This document shows positions 1 through 9,120 of a DNA stretch of 64,000 bases, piece by piece. Within the stretch, counting starts at the first letter, position 1. Each line of letters starts with the position of its first letter. Location of the stretch: positions 64,001 through 128,000 of IMG/VR virus record IMGVR_UViG_3300032246_002821. One strand, written 5' to 3'. A program made the position numbers and the translations under genes. This DNA comes from a virus. A model generated the notes under the pieces. It was not told the origin of the DNA, searched no databases, and saw only the letters and a program-made list of their open reading frames with translations.

Positions 1-1008
1 CTGGCCAATCGTGGACTGAGCCAGCTGCACGAGATAGAGCCAAACATGAACCTGTGTGACTATCCCGAAACGGACGAGGCTACCAGCGCACTGCTGAGTC
101 GTGGTGATGTGCTGGGTGTGACGCAGGGCGAAAGCCCAGCGATGCGTAGGTTGTTCCGCGCCATACAACCCAAGAGCCGTGCTGATTGCATCTTTGCCAC
201 GGCACTGATCAGACCAGTGGCCACTACCGGCAGACAGAAGGCCACGTTCTTCCACGACTTCACACAGGGCAGGCTCACGGACAACATCGTGTATGAAGAC
301 GATGCCATAGAAAAGATCAGCAGGCTCATAGGCTGTGATGCCAATGAGGCAGATATGTTTCGCCGTGCCTTCGCCAAGAAGAACGAGGAGCGTGTGCTGG
401 AATTCATGACACGTATGGGCGAGCATCCGGACAAGAAAAGCATCATCGATGAACTGTATCAGCTGGGCAACTTCGGCCTGTGTCGCGCACACGCTGTAAA
501 CCTGGGTAGGCTGATCTGGGCATTGGCTTATCAGAAGGCACATAACCCCAAAGCATTCTGGGCTGCCTGCCTCAAGCACTGTGAAGGCAGCTATCGCAAA
601 TGGGTCTACAAGAACGAAGCCAAGCTGTCGGGCTGGGACCTGAGAGAGCTGGGATACCACAACAGCATAATGAACGACCCTGTCTGGGAATTCAACAAAT
701 ATGGCTGGTGGGGAGCCAAGGAATTCCTGCCGGGCTTCTACTGTAGCGAACAATATATGGATCGTTACGAATTTGCCGGGCTCATAGCCAACGGTCGCGT
801 GTTCAAAGCAGACAAGGGCAAGTACATCACGTTCCTCACTCTGGGCGTAGGCAACGGCAAATACATAGATATCACGGTGAATAAACCCATATCTTATGCA
901 GATGCCGATGCTATAACCGGTGTGGGCAAGATGCGTATGCTCAACGGCACACAGTATCTGGAATGCCAGATAGTCAAAGCGGTCAAGCTGAAATCTATTG
1001 CTTCTTGA
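1..1008 (+). CDS. dnaE: DNA polymerase III alpha (family C, DnaE-like), C-terminal part; 5' end outside window
   Basis: Frame is open from base 1 (LANRGLSQL, matching the DnaE KxDxLGLRxL region). Contains GVxQxES, ALIRP, IVYEDD, EADMFRRAFAKK and FGLCRAHA..Y motifs, plus a C-terminal OB-fold-like segment (FAGLIANGR...FLTLG). Confidence 0.85.
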   Translation: MANRGLSQLHEIEPNMNLCDYPETDEATSALLSRGDVLGVTQGESPAMRRLFRAIQPKSRADCIFATALIRPVATTGRQKATFFHDFTQGRLTDNIVYEDDAIEKISRLIGCDANEADMFRRAFAKKNEERVLEFMTRMGEHPDKKSIIDELYQLGNFGLCRAHAVNLGRLIWALAYQKAHNPKAFWAACLKHCEGSYRKWVYKNEAKLSGWDLRELGYHNSIMNDPVWEFNKYGWWGAKEFLPGFYCSEQYMDRYEFAGLIANGRVFKADKGKYITFLTLGVGNGKYIDITVNKPISYADADAITGVGKMRMLNGTQYLECQIVKAVKLKSIAS

Positions 1009-2398
1009 TGTTGCTGAGCATCTGCTTGAGCCTGCTGCTGTCCACCGTTGCTGATATCTTACCCGGCTCATTGGCCACCACTGCATCTGTGTTGGGCTTG
1101 ACAACACTGCCTGTTTTTAGACTGTCATAGATGCTGCTGCTCTGCTTCTTGAACTGCTGATACTCACCGTCCTCGGCTAGATCTCTGATACGCAGGCTGT
1201 CTATGTCGAATTCCAGATCCACTTTCTGTCCCACGCCCGAACTGCTGCGTGTTTTCATTATCTGGATCTGGTACCTGCCGTGCTCGCGCATCGCACGACT
1301 GGTAAAGATGCCGAACAGGTTATCTGCTGTGTTGATCTTACTGATACCACCGGAAATGTGGCTGTGATCGAATTCCACTTCTTCCACACTGGCACGATTC
1401 AACTGGCTGGCTGTCACAAGCAACACATCCATCTCTTTGGCAAAGTTCCTGATCTCTTCGCTTACATATTTGTCCTTGATGAACAGATCGCTGGGACTGA
1501 CTTTGGCACTCACTGGCATCAGCAGATCCAGATAATCGATCATCACGAAGTCCACACGCTTGCCTGTGCGTATCTGTAGTTCTTTGATATATGCACGGAC
1601 ATCATTGATGGTGCTCTGCGCTGGCATATATTTGATCTGGAATTTACCAGCTTTCTTGCCCAGCATAATCACCTTCATTTCCACTGTTTCCAGGTCCTTG
1701 AATATCTCCCTGGCTGGCACACTGGTCAACATACTATCGATACGCATACTAGTGAGCTCTTCGCTCAGTTCCAGCGTGATGTAGACACCGTTCAGTCCAG
1801 CAAGCATCCAGTTACAAGCGATGTTCTGCATAAACAAGCTCTTGCCTGATCCGGATCCACCAGCAAAGATGTTGAGCTCGCCGCGATTGAATCCACCGAA
1901 CAGCTTCTTGTCCAGGCTGTTCCAGCCAGTGCTGATCTGACCGTTGCTGTCTTTCAGCTTCTGCAATCTAGCCACAGGATCCGCAAAATAATCCGTGCCC
2001 AGATCCTTTGTAAGGCTTATCTGCACCGCGTCCTTGATCAGTTTTTCCACTGGATCGAAATCGCCCTTTTCCAGCAGGTCCGCCGCTTTCAGGATTGCTC
2101 GTTCCAGTTCTTTCTGTTTGGTAAACTCTTCGAACTCTTCCATGAACCAGCTCTGATGATCTTCATTCAGTCCTGGTATCAGCTGGAAGTTGTTGCCTGT
2201 GACAGCATTGATCTGTTCTGGCACCGGCATAGTGGTATGTTCAGCACAATGCTTCTTGATGAACTCGGCCGCAGATTTGAGACTGCGATCGAAGTTGTCA
2301 GGATTATAGATGTTTTGTACACGTACATAAGTCTGGCTGTCAGTGAGCATCATCTCAATAAACAACTTCTGTACATCAGTGCTGAATGTTTTTGCCAT
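995..2398 (-). CDS. gp41: Replicative DNA helicase, T4 gp41/DnaB family
   Basis: Walker A AGGSGSGKS, YITLELSE, VMIDYLDL, TASQLNR and KTRSS motifs; adjacent to primase. Confidence 0.95.
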   Translation of the reverse strand: MAKTFSTDVQKLFIEMMLTDSQTYVRVQNIYNPDNFDRSLKSAAEFIKKHCAEHTTMPVPEQINAVTGNNFQLIPGLNEDHQSWFMEEFEEFTKQKELERAILKAADLLEKGDFDPVEKLIKDAVQISLTKDLGTDYFADPVARLQKLKDSNGQISTGWNSLDKKLFGGFNRGELNIFAGGSGSGKSLFMQNIACNWMLAGLNGVYITLELSEELTSMRIDSMLTSVPAREIFKDLETVEMKVIMLGKKAGKFQIKYMPAQSTINDVRAYIKELQIRTGKRVDFVMIDYLDLLMPVSAKVSPSDLFIKDKYVSEEIRNFAKEMDVLLVTASQLNRASVEEVEFDHSHISGGISKINTADNLFGIFTSRAMREHGRYQIQIMKTRSSSGVGQKVDLEFDIDSLRIRDLAEDGEYQQFKKQSSSIYDSLKTGSVVKPNTDAVVANEPGKISATVDSSRLKQMLSNIKKQ

Positions 2399-2405
2399 AA
2401 ATTAT

Positions 2406-2434
2406 AATATACGCTTTTTATTGTTGAAAGTCAA
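2406..2434 (-). promoter_or_regulatory. sigma70-like promoter upstream of helicase
   Basis: TTGACT-17bp-TATATT on minus strand, 8 nt before helicase ATG. Confidence 0.6.
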
Positions 2435-3435
2435 AACCATTTGCGGCTGTGCAAATTTATTTTCAATTGATTGTGTTGAGCACTGTTAATTATGCTTCGC
2501 ATAGTGAACAATCTGCCATACCTGGCACAGGCATCAGCAACATCCTTGATGCCTGGTTCCCAATCGGGAAATGCCACGCTCCAACCATATTTTATCGCAG
2601 CGTTAACCATAGCCCTGCCAGCAGCATCGCGATCAGGAACAACGATGATATCACGGTCCAGGCTCTCTATGACCTGTGCTTGTGCGGCGTTGATCTCATT
2701 GCTGCAGACGCCGATGGCATCGATACTGACCGCATCCAATAATCCTTCCACAACGATGACAAACTTGCGATCTCTGGTTTGACGATCATATCCCCAGACC
2801 ATATTGGCTGGATAGTTGCTGAGATATTTAACACGTTTGCTTTCCCCCGCAAACAGCCTGCCGCTATAACCCATGGGCTTACCCTGCCAGGTGAAAGGCA
2901 CCAGCACACGGTTACGCAGACCCGGATCATCTGTCCAGCAGATAAGATCCAGTTTGTCACCTAGCCCACGGCTGTCCAGATAATTCACAGCCTGTTCCAG
3001 GCTGTAATAGTTTTCTTCTGTGATGTGACCATCACAAAGCCAACTGTGGATGCTACGCCCAGGACAAGGCTCCCTGGCTTCATACACCGGCAATTCAGTC
3101 TTTTCTGGCGCAACATAAGCGTCATCGGTAAGTTGTGTGAGAGCGAATAGTGCCAGGCGGTTGACAGTGTCTTCCGCCATACCCATCCACTGCATCCAGC
3201 GGCGCATCTTGTAGCTGAGACGCCTGCCTGGTTGCCAGCCTGTGCTGAAATGGCAGTTGAAACAATGGTAAGTCAAACCACCTTCAGGGGTCATCATTAT
3301 GCCGCCACGACCACGATCATCAGGTCGCTGACCATTGTGCTGGCAACATACAGCATTGAAGCTGGTCCAGCCAGACGGCGTCGCCTTTTTCTTCCAGGGA
3401 AGATGCGACAAGATCTCTACGGTTATTTCCATCAT
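2431..3435 (-). CDS. gp61: DNA primase, T4 gp61-like (Zn finger + TOPRIM)
   Basis: CCxH...YHCFNC Zn-binding domain; VVEGLLDA and VPDRDAAG TOPRIM motifs; KDVAD. Confidence 0.93.
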   Translation of the reverse strand: MMEITVEILSHLPWKKKATPSGWTSFNAVCCQHNGQRPDDRGRGGIMMTPEGGLTYHCFNCHFSTGWQPGRRLSYKMRRWMQWMGMAEDTVNRLALFALTQLTDDAYVAPEKTELPVYEAREPCPGRSIHSWLCDGHITEENYYSLEQAVNYLDSRGLGDKLDLICWTDDPGLRNRVLVPFTWQGKPMGYSGRLFAGESKRVKYLSNYPANMVWGYDRQTRDRKFVIVVEGLLDAVSIDAIGVCSNEINAAQAQVIESLDRDIIVVPDRDAAGRAMVNAAIKYGWSVAFPDWEPGIKDVADACARYGRLFTMRSIINSAQHNQLKINLHSRKWF

Positions 3436-3456
3436 AAACAGATTATAACACTAAAA

Positions 3457-4263
3457 TCACGGTCTGTAAAGTATTTTTGTGAGACTACCGCTAGTGGTGG
3501 TGACGTGGAACCTGACCTGGCTGTATTTGCCTGGATTCAAGTTGAAATAATTGGTTCCTGTCAGATTGTTAACACTGACACTGTTGATGGTGAACCAGGC
3601 GTTGGGCAGACTAGTGGGAATGGGATCCAGGCTGCCCTGTGTCTCGATGGTGCCCACGAAAGCATTGCCATAATACTGTACTGTCTCTGTAACTGCACGG
3701 CTCTTGGTGCGATTGTTGACAATGATGACAGGTGTCAGCACCTGATTGGCATCGCTGTATCCATAGATGGCATTGCTGGCATTGTTGTAGAAAGGACCTA
3801 GATTGGGATTGTAACTGGCTGTGAATTGTGGATAGGCTTTGTCGCTGATGTAGCAGGTGCCCTGTGCGTTGTAATTGTCATCCGCATAGGCTATCTGTTG
3901 TTGGCCTTCACCGTTGGTCACGATAACGCTGTAGTTGTATTGGCCTGCCAGGATATCATCCAGCAACCTGCTTTCTAAGACAGTTGTGACAGTGCCTTTG
4001 GCGTTATAAACTATCTGCAGATTACGGCTGAATACCAATTCTTGATTACTGGGATCTATTAGATTAAATACAATCGTACTGTCCAACAGGCTTACAGGTT
4101 TTTGATCTGCATTTTTGATCAGTAACTGAAACTGGTTATCTACGCCCTTGTAGATTTGCAGAGGTTTGGCATACACTAGCTGATTCTCCCTGAAAGGTGT
4201 GAAGTCGGCATTCTTTACTACCGTGATAGATTGCTTATATAAATAACCCAGAATTGGTTGCAC
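3457..4263 (-). CDS. Putative virion structural protein (beta-rich)
   Basis: GTG start with AGGAG RBS and TAAATA late promoter (4282-4287); Asn/Thr-rich beta-strand composition. Confidence 0.5.
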   Translation of the reverse strand: MQPILGYLYKQSITVVKNADFTPFRENQLVYAKPLQIYKGVDNQFQLLIKNADQKPVSLLDSTIVFNLIDPSNQELVFSRNLQIVYNAKGTVTTVLESRLLDDILAGQYNYSVIVTNGEGQQQIAYADDNYNAQGTCYISDKAYPQFTASYNPNLGPFYNNASNAIYGYSDANQVLTPVIIVNNRTKSRAVTETVQYYGNAFVGTIETQGSLDPIPTSLPNAWFTINSVSVNNLTGTNYFNLNPGKYSQVRFHVTTTSGSLTKILYRP

Positions 4264-4289
4264 TTATTAGGACTCCTGTAATATTTATT

Positions 4290-4658
4290 ATGATTTCCAT
4301 AGAACAAATGCTTGAACAATACCCGTTTCTCAGTTATATCAAATATACTCATTCTGACTACATAGGTGTTATACAAAACCACGATACCGATCTCGTCAGT
4401 ATGTATGCCTTTAATAAATTACGTACGGAAGATCACAAGCGTAGATTCCTGGAACAGGCCGATGTCTGGTGGTGGGAGAGCAACCGTATGATACCCATCA
4501 ACATCTTTTTGAAAGAAGGTTGGAATGAATTCCGTTACAGCACAGTGACACTTACCTGCAAAGATATACAGGAACAACAGGGTCACATCGTAAGCATCGC
4601 AAAACTAGCCGATCGCAGGACCAAACGCAGGGTGGTACAGTTGGTCAGGAAGATGTGA
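4290..4658 (+). CDS. Hypothetical phage protein
   Basis: ORF with WWWESNR motif; TATAAATA at 4238-4245 upstream; ATG start chosen at 4290 (track start 4254). Confidence 0.6.
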   Translation: MISIEQMLEQYPFLSYIKYTHSDYIGVIQNHDTDLVSMYAFNKLRTEDHKRRFLEQADVWWWESNRMIPINIFLKEGWNEFRYSTVTLTCKDIQEQQGHIVSIAKLADRRTKRRVVQLVRKM

Positions 4659-5205
4659 GCAGGTTCATATGGACCACCACTAGCTGAGCATATCCATATG
4701 CGTGTGCCTTCTTAAAATAGTACCCTTCAGGCGGTTTGATCCATATCTCATCATTGATCTGTCGCCAGGTCTTGCCTGCCAAGTACCGTTTGCTGGGCCT
4801 GATCAATGCCAGCACCATCGCCAGCTTGTCCATTGTATCTGTAAAATGCTGCTGTAACAGGTCATAATGACCATTCAGATGGATCAGTTTGCCAACAAAC
4901 TCTGGATCGCGTAGTCGTGACCAATCTGGATCGCTAGCAAGCAACCGATCAAGATGAGCATTATCGTGTATCTGATTATAAACGTGTACATTTAAAATAT
5001 CCAGTTTTATATATCCCAGCTGTTCTGCTGTATGATAATCCATATTACACAAACCAGTCAAAGGATCAGCTGGCACAGGATTCACATAAATGCCTGTGTT
5101 GTGTTTGCTTATGGTATCATCTCTATACATACTGGCTGGTGTGTGTTCTATCAAACGTAATAGTTTGTCACGGTCACCCACATCTATGTCAATGTCAAAA
5201 CTCAT
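4645..5205 (-). CDS. Minimal family-C DNA polymerase (DnaE palm-like, 186 aa)
   Basis: FDIDID, KHNTG, YIKLDIL, ALIRP and YFKKAHAYGY motifs in DnaE order; no PHP or OB domain. Confidence 0.8.
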   Translation of the reverse strand: MSFDIDIDVGDRDKLLRLIEHTPASMYRDDTISKHNTGIYVNPVPADPLTGLCNMDYHTAEQLGYIKLDILNVHVYNQIHDNAHLDRLLASDPDWSRLRDPEFVGKLIHLNGHYDLLQQHFTDTMDKLAMVLALIRPSKRYLAGKTWRQINDEIWIKPPEGYYFKKAHAYGYAQLVVVHMNLLTSS

Positions 5206-5392
5206 CTATGGCCTCTTGTTGATCCTTAAGGGTAGGCAAACGATACTCGGTCCAGCCACGTCGCATCATATCACAAAGCCAATGCCATTCACCCTTTACA
5301 AAGACCGGATACCAGAGGAACACCAGCCTCCAGCGCAGTTCTTCTGGTATGCTGTAGTCATATTTGCTGCTGCTGGGATGTGGTCCTCTCAT
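5195..5392 (-). CDS. Small hypothetical protein
   Basis: Translationally coupled ORF inside the operon. Confidence 0.5.
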   Translation of the reverse strand: MRGPHPSSSKYDYSIPEELRWRLVFLWYPVFVKGEWHWLCDMMRRGWTEYRLPTLKDQQEAIDEF

Positions 5393-6129
5393 AGTCCTGC
5401 CTGCTCCAATATGTGTTTGGTCATCGCCGTATCTGCCGGATAATCTTGTATCTTACGCTGCCAGAATTCCGGATCTATCCAGCGTATTATAAGACCTATC
5501 TGCTCGTCTGTCAATGTTTCCATCTTCTCGATACCGCTTTCGCTGCAATATATCACCCAGGGACTGATGCGACCATTCTGCACGTGCAACACAAACCTGC
5601 TGTTGCTGATAACACGGAAATAGTCGCTAAACTCCGGTGGTTGTTCTGGTTGTTGCGCTTCTTCCGACCATTCCTGCATGGTCAGTATGCTGCGTTCCAG
5701 TGCATCTGTGGCAGATTCGGTACGCATCAGCTGGAACAGATAGGCATCATACACCTTGTCCTGACACCAGCGATCGATCTTGATCTGTTGTTTCAGTACA
5801 TAATCCATGAACTGATTGGTATTGATGGCATTGATACTGACGCAATGTCTACCGAACTTGACGAAAGCGTTGTAGAACTGGTTCTTGCAGAAATCGTCAT
5901 ACGTTTTCAGCTTGGCTGATCCCTGTGTGATCTCATAGAATCTCAGCCAGGCAGCGAATCCGATCTGCACACCTTTCTCGCCTTTCTGTTGGGCGCGACG
6001 TTTGGGCTCACACTGATGTACAGCCAGCGTGGTTTCCTTGGCGAATCCCTGCCCACAATTACGGCATTTATGTTCGCCCGGCTTGACATCTGCCGCTGCT
6101 TCACGTATCAATTTGTGTAATTCACTCAC
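5389..6129 (-). CDS. Zn-finger protein, possibly gp59-like helicase loader
   Basis: N-terminal CxxC-x12-HxC; C-terminal VQNGRISPWVIY resembles T4 gp59 LQSNIISFETF; located in the replication operon. Confidence 0.45.
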   Translation of the reverse strand: MSELHKLIREAAADVKPGEHKCRNCGQGFAKETTLAVHQCEPKRRAQQKGEKGVQIGFAAWLRFYEITQGSAKLKTYDDFCKNQFYNAFVKFGRHCVSINAINTNQFMDYVLKQQIKIDRWCQDKVYDAYLFQLMRTESATDALERSILTMQEWSEEAQQPEQPPEFSDYFRVISNSRFVLHVQNGRISPWVIYCSESGIEKMETLTDEQIGLIIRWIDPEFWQRKIQDYPADTAMTKHILEQAGL

Positions 6130-6355
6130 TATCGATTATTACCACTTCTGATTCGGTCTCGATCCAGACTTTAGCCCCACAGCTCAGCGGTTTGTCTGGA
6201 CTGTAGACGACAAAGCTGGGACCTAGTATTTCTACCCGGTGAGCGTATATATTACTGCGTCCACTCTTGACAGTCAATACAGGATTACGTTCCCCAGTCT
6301 TGCTGTTCTTCTTGATAACGTGTTGATTTACATGGATTTTTGTTTTCACATCCAC
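6122..6355 (-). CDS. Conserved small phage hypothetical protein
   Basis: IHVNQHVIKKN...YSPDKPLSCGAKVWIET, recognisable from aquatic T4-like phages. Confidence 0.65.
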   Translation of the reverse strand: MDVKTKIHVNQHVIKKNSKTGERNPVLTVKSGRSNIYAHRVEILGPSFVVYSPDKPLSCGAKVWIETESEVVIIDSE

Positions 6356-6558
6356 CTCAGTGCATACATGACAGCATCGTCCTCATGTTCGAAATATATA
6401 TGGCTGTGTGTCCTATAATATCTGCCCTGTGTTTCATTCCTAAGCCAACCGTAGAATTCCATATCGGGCCAGTGCCTGTGTGTGCTAAACGGCAGACAGT
6501 ACCATTCCGCGATGTCATCGGGAGGTAGCATACAATGTTTAGGATCTTGAGACGTCAT
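6346..6558 (-). CDS. Small hypothetical protein (DAxMxxLRW-ending type)
   Basis: ORF in operon with C-terminal DAVMYALRW. Confidence 0.55.
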   Translation of the reverse strand: MTSQDPKHCMLPPDDIAEWYCLPFSTHRHWPDMEFYGWLRNETQGRYYRTHSHIYFEHEDDAVMYALRWM

Positions 6559-6766
6559 GTAAAACTTTAACCTGTTTCAGGGCATCCGTCACAGTGGGAT
6601 TAGTGTTTGTAAACACTGGTCCCCATTCCTTCCACCATTTTATCATCTCTGATAATTCATGGGCTAGCTGGATGTTGATATCCTGCCCACCGTGTGTATC
6701 CTGTGCATTACCCCAGCCCAGGCTGTTGCCATAGTTGTCCTTGACAAAGACATTCTTGACTGTCAT
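6539..6766 (-). CDS. Small hypothetical protein
   Basis: Coupled ORF downstream of clamp loader. Confidence 0.5.
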   Translation of the reverse strand: MTVKNVFVKDNYGNSLGWGNAQDTHGGQDINIQLAHELSEMIKWWKEWGPVFTNTNPTVTDALKQVKVLHDVSRS

Positions 6767-7230
6767 TTCAGTGCCTCCTTGATCCGCTTATCTTCCCAAC
6801 CTAGATCGGTTAGATACTGTTTGAGTTCTTTTTCACTTATAGTTTCCGCTAATAAGTCAGCATCAGACATTTTTATATCTGGGAATATCTCACCTATCAG
6901 CTTGCCACGTTTGTTTTTGGCCTGCTTGCCTTTGAAAGCGATCCACTCGTGCTTGTGGACACCCATACCTGGACTGATGGTGGTCAACAACAACCATTGC
7001 AGCTTGGGATGGCGGCTCAGGTTCCAGAAGTTGCGATTCACCTGTTGGTTGCAGCTCTGCACATAATAGCTTTGCAATTCTCCAGCCGAACCAGCCAGGC
7101 TGGTGCCCCAGCGCAGTGCGAGATAAGTGCTGAACTTCTTCTTTTCTTCATCATTGAGCTCATCGTAGAAGCCACGATTCTTACGATCCAGCTGCGCCAT
7201 CTCATTGTTGATGTTTAATTTATCTGACAT
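6763..7230 (-). CDS. gp62: Clamp loader small subunit, T4 gp62-like
   Basis: FSTYLALRW, HPKLQWLLL and HEWIAFK pattern typical of gp62 homologs; size 155 aa; replication context. Confidence 0.75.
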   Translation of the reverse strand: MSDKLNINNEMAQLDRKNRGFYDELNDEEKKKFSTYLALRWGTSLAGSAGELQSYYVQSCNQQVNRNFWNLSRHPKLQWLLLTTISPGMGVHKHEWIAFKGKQAKNKRGKLIGEIFPDIKMSDADLLAETISEKELKQYLTDLGWEDKRIKEALK

Positions 7231-7235
7231 ATGTT

Positions 7236-7264
7236 ACTCTACTGTATATTTGATGATTTGTCAA
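7236..7264 (-). promoter_or_regulatory. sigma70-like promoter of clamp loader operon
   Basis: TTGACA-17bp-TAGAGT on minus strand. Confidence 0.6.
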
Positions 7265-7944
7265 TAGTCCAGATAGCCATAATCTCGGGGATAATATTTT
7301 TTGCCATATAATTCTATTTGTTCAGGCAGGATTGTCCTTTCAACCAGTCTTTTGTATCCTTCTATTTCCACATCTGTGAATATATCATAGTCAGGCGTAC
7401 CCAGGTATAATTTTTCGTAATCCAATAAAACTTTACCTTGATTATCGTTCTTATTGAAAAAATTATAAAAATAATAATTGCTATGATTTTTTATATTCTG
7501 CAAAAAATCATCCACAGCCAATGACCGGTTCTCCTGAACATTTGGTAAATTATTCTGGGTTAGATATCTGCCTATAGCTGGGGTCAATTCTATGTTCTTG
7601 AAAAATGCTTCGATCAAGATGGTGACATAATATTTTTTGCCGAAGGTTATTTTACAGATCTGGAAATTCCTATCCTTTATCATCTGCCTACATCCTGCGC
7701 TTAGATAAAACAAACCGTGCGAGGGGGTGAACTGATCTTTGCAATTATACAGATGATTGTCCAAAACACTGATTTCCGGAGATTTTTTTGCATAATAAGA
7801 TTGCATACTTAAATATTTTAAACTACCTCCAATAGTACTACTGGTCCTTGTTTCACTATTTTTTAAAAACATTTGTCCTGTGTTTAAAAAATTGCATAGG
7901 AAATCTCCCCTAGTGCCCCCCAGATATTCGATGATGTATTTCAT
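7261..7944 (-). CDS. AT-rich hypothetical protein, possible sulfotransferase-like fold
   Basis: N-terminal YLGGTRGDFL loop and C-terminal LDYEKL; paralog of 8449-9120. Confidence 0.45.
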   Translation of the reverse strand: MKYIIEYLGGTRGDFLCNFLNTGQMFLKNSETRTSSTIGGSLKYLSMQSYYAKKSPEISVLDNHLYNCKDQFTPSHGLFYLSAGCRQMIKDRNFQICKITFGKKYYVTILIEAFFKNIELTPAIGRYLTQNNLPNVQENRSLAVDDFLQNIKNHSNYYFYNFFNKNDNQGKVLLDYEKLYLGTPDYDIFTDVEIEGYKRLVERTILPEQIELYGKKYYPRDYGYLDY

Positions 7945-7946
7945 TA

Positions 7947-8447
7947 CTATACTATCCGTTGTATGTCTATCAACTCGCTAGCACGGCTTATCTCTTTAAC
8001 GAAGTAGGCACATATAGGCTTGGGCCCGTCGCTCAGCGGCACACACAGCAGTTGGCCGTTCTTGATCTTGGGAAAATACCATCTGACGTCCTGGTACACA
8101 TCCGTGATCTCTATGGGCATGAACGCTGCACGGAAACTGCTTATGGGATTGAATGTGAACGCTTCGAATCCTCGGTCGTTCAATTTGCTCAGCGGCAGTG
8201 CTTCCAGATCTCCGATCTCCGCTTCTCCTATCAAGATGCGCCAGTTGTAGGGCATCATTATCTTGTAATCACCGATATTCAACATCAGTGCCGGATCGTT
8301 GAAACTTTCCAGGAACACCAGCGGCAGGAAATAGTAGTCTGGGTCAGTGGGATTACTGTTGTCCAGCACACAGAAACGCATATCGTCCACCTGCTCTGGC
8401 AGATTATTCATTTCAAACACTGTGTTTTCGACTGTTAATATTCTCAA
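7947..8447 (-). CDS. Conserved hypothetical protein, possible degenerate Hint-fold
   Basis: 166 aa all-beta pattern; see finding. Confidence 0.55.
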   Translation of the reverse strand: MRILTVENTVFEMNNLPEQVDDMRFCVLDNSNPTDPDYYFLPLVFLESFNDPALMLNIGDYKIMMPYNWRILIGEAEIGDLEALPLSKLNDRGFEAFTFNPISSFRAAFMPIEITDVYQDVRWYFPKIKNGQLLCVPLSDGPKPICAYFVKEISRASELIDIQRIV

Positions 8448-8448
8448 T

Positions 8449-9120
8449 TCATTTTCCTTTGTTTTTATATGTTTGTAAAAAGGGATATAATACCCAATTG
8501 GTTTCTCTGTATGATTTTATAAATTGCTTTGTCTGATCGCTCACTGGTAGATTCGTGATATCAGCAATGATATTTTCCAGATTACTGGTAGTGGAAAATA
8601 TATCCTTGAACGATATATTGTAGTCGGAAGGTATTTCAGTATGTAGATGATAATCTATCAACCGGGAATAACCGAATTGGAAAATCTCTTGGTTCAATAC
8701 TGGGTCTGAGAAATCATATTGGTTCACATCTAACTGTTTCTGATTTTTTATCAACCGGTACAGTTTGTGAGGCCAACTACGCATCAGTATGGGATTATTT
8801 TTGATGGTTTTCAACCAATACAGATCGCTGATGTTCTGCACATCGTCCTGGTCGAACGAGACATTGATTATTCGCCTGAGGAATCTTTCTTGTAAAAATT
8901 CCACATCCACACAGTTAGTGATCATTATATGATTTCTATCAATCAGATCTGCATTGTGTAGATTTATTTTCAGGTTGCTGACTGCTGGATTAGTAAAATC
9001 CATGCTGCCATCCATATTCATTTGCAACTTACAATCATCTATGGTAGCTATGATCAGGTTAGCTATGAAAGTACCAGCCGCACCACCTGGATATATCACC
9101 ATATAGTCACTTATTTTCAT
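8449..9120 (-). CDS. AT-rich hypothetical protein, possible sulfotransferase-like fold
   Basis: N-terminal YPGGAAGTFI loop and C-terminal ISFKDI; paralog of 7261-7944. Confidence 0.45.
   Translation of the reverse strand: MKISDYMVIYPGGAAGTFIANLIIATIDDCKLQMNMDGSMDFTNPAVSNLKINLHNADLIDRNHIMITNCVDVEFLQERFLRRIINVSFDQDDVQNISDLYWLKTIKNNPILMRSWPHKLYRLIKNQKQLDVNQYDFSDPVLNQEIFQFGYSRLIDYHLHTEIPSDYNISFKDIFSTTSNLENIIADITNLPVSDQTKQFIKSYRETNWVLYPFLQTYKNKGK

Noticed and set aside
1-5205. Idea that the two DnaE-like ORFs are halves of one split polymerase
   Set aside because: Both contain the KxDxL/ALIRP/FxxxHA region, so they overlap in domain content rather than complement each other
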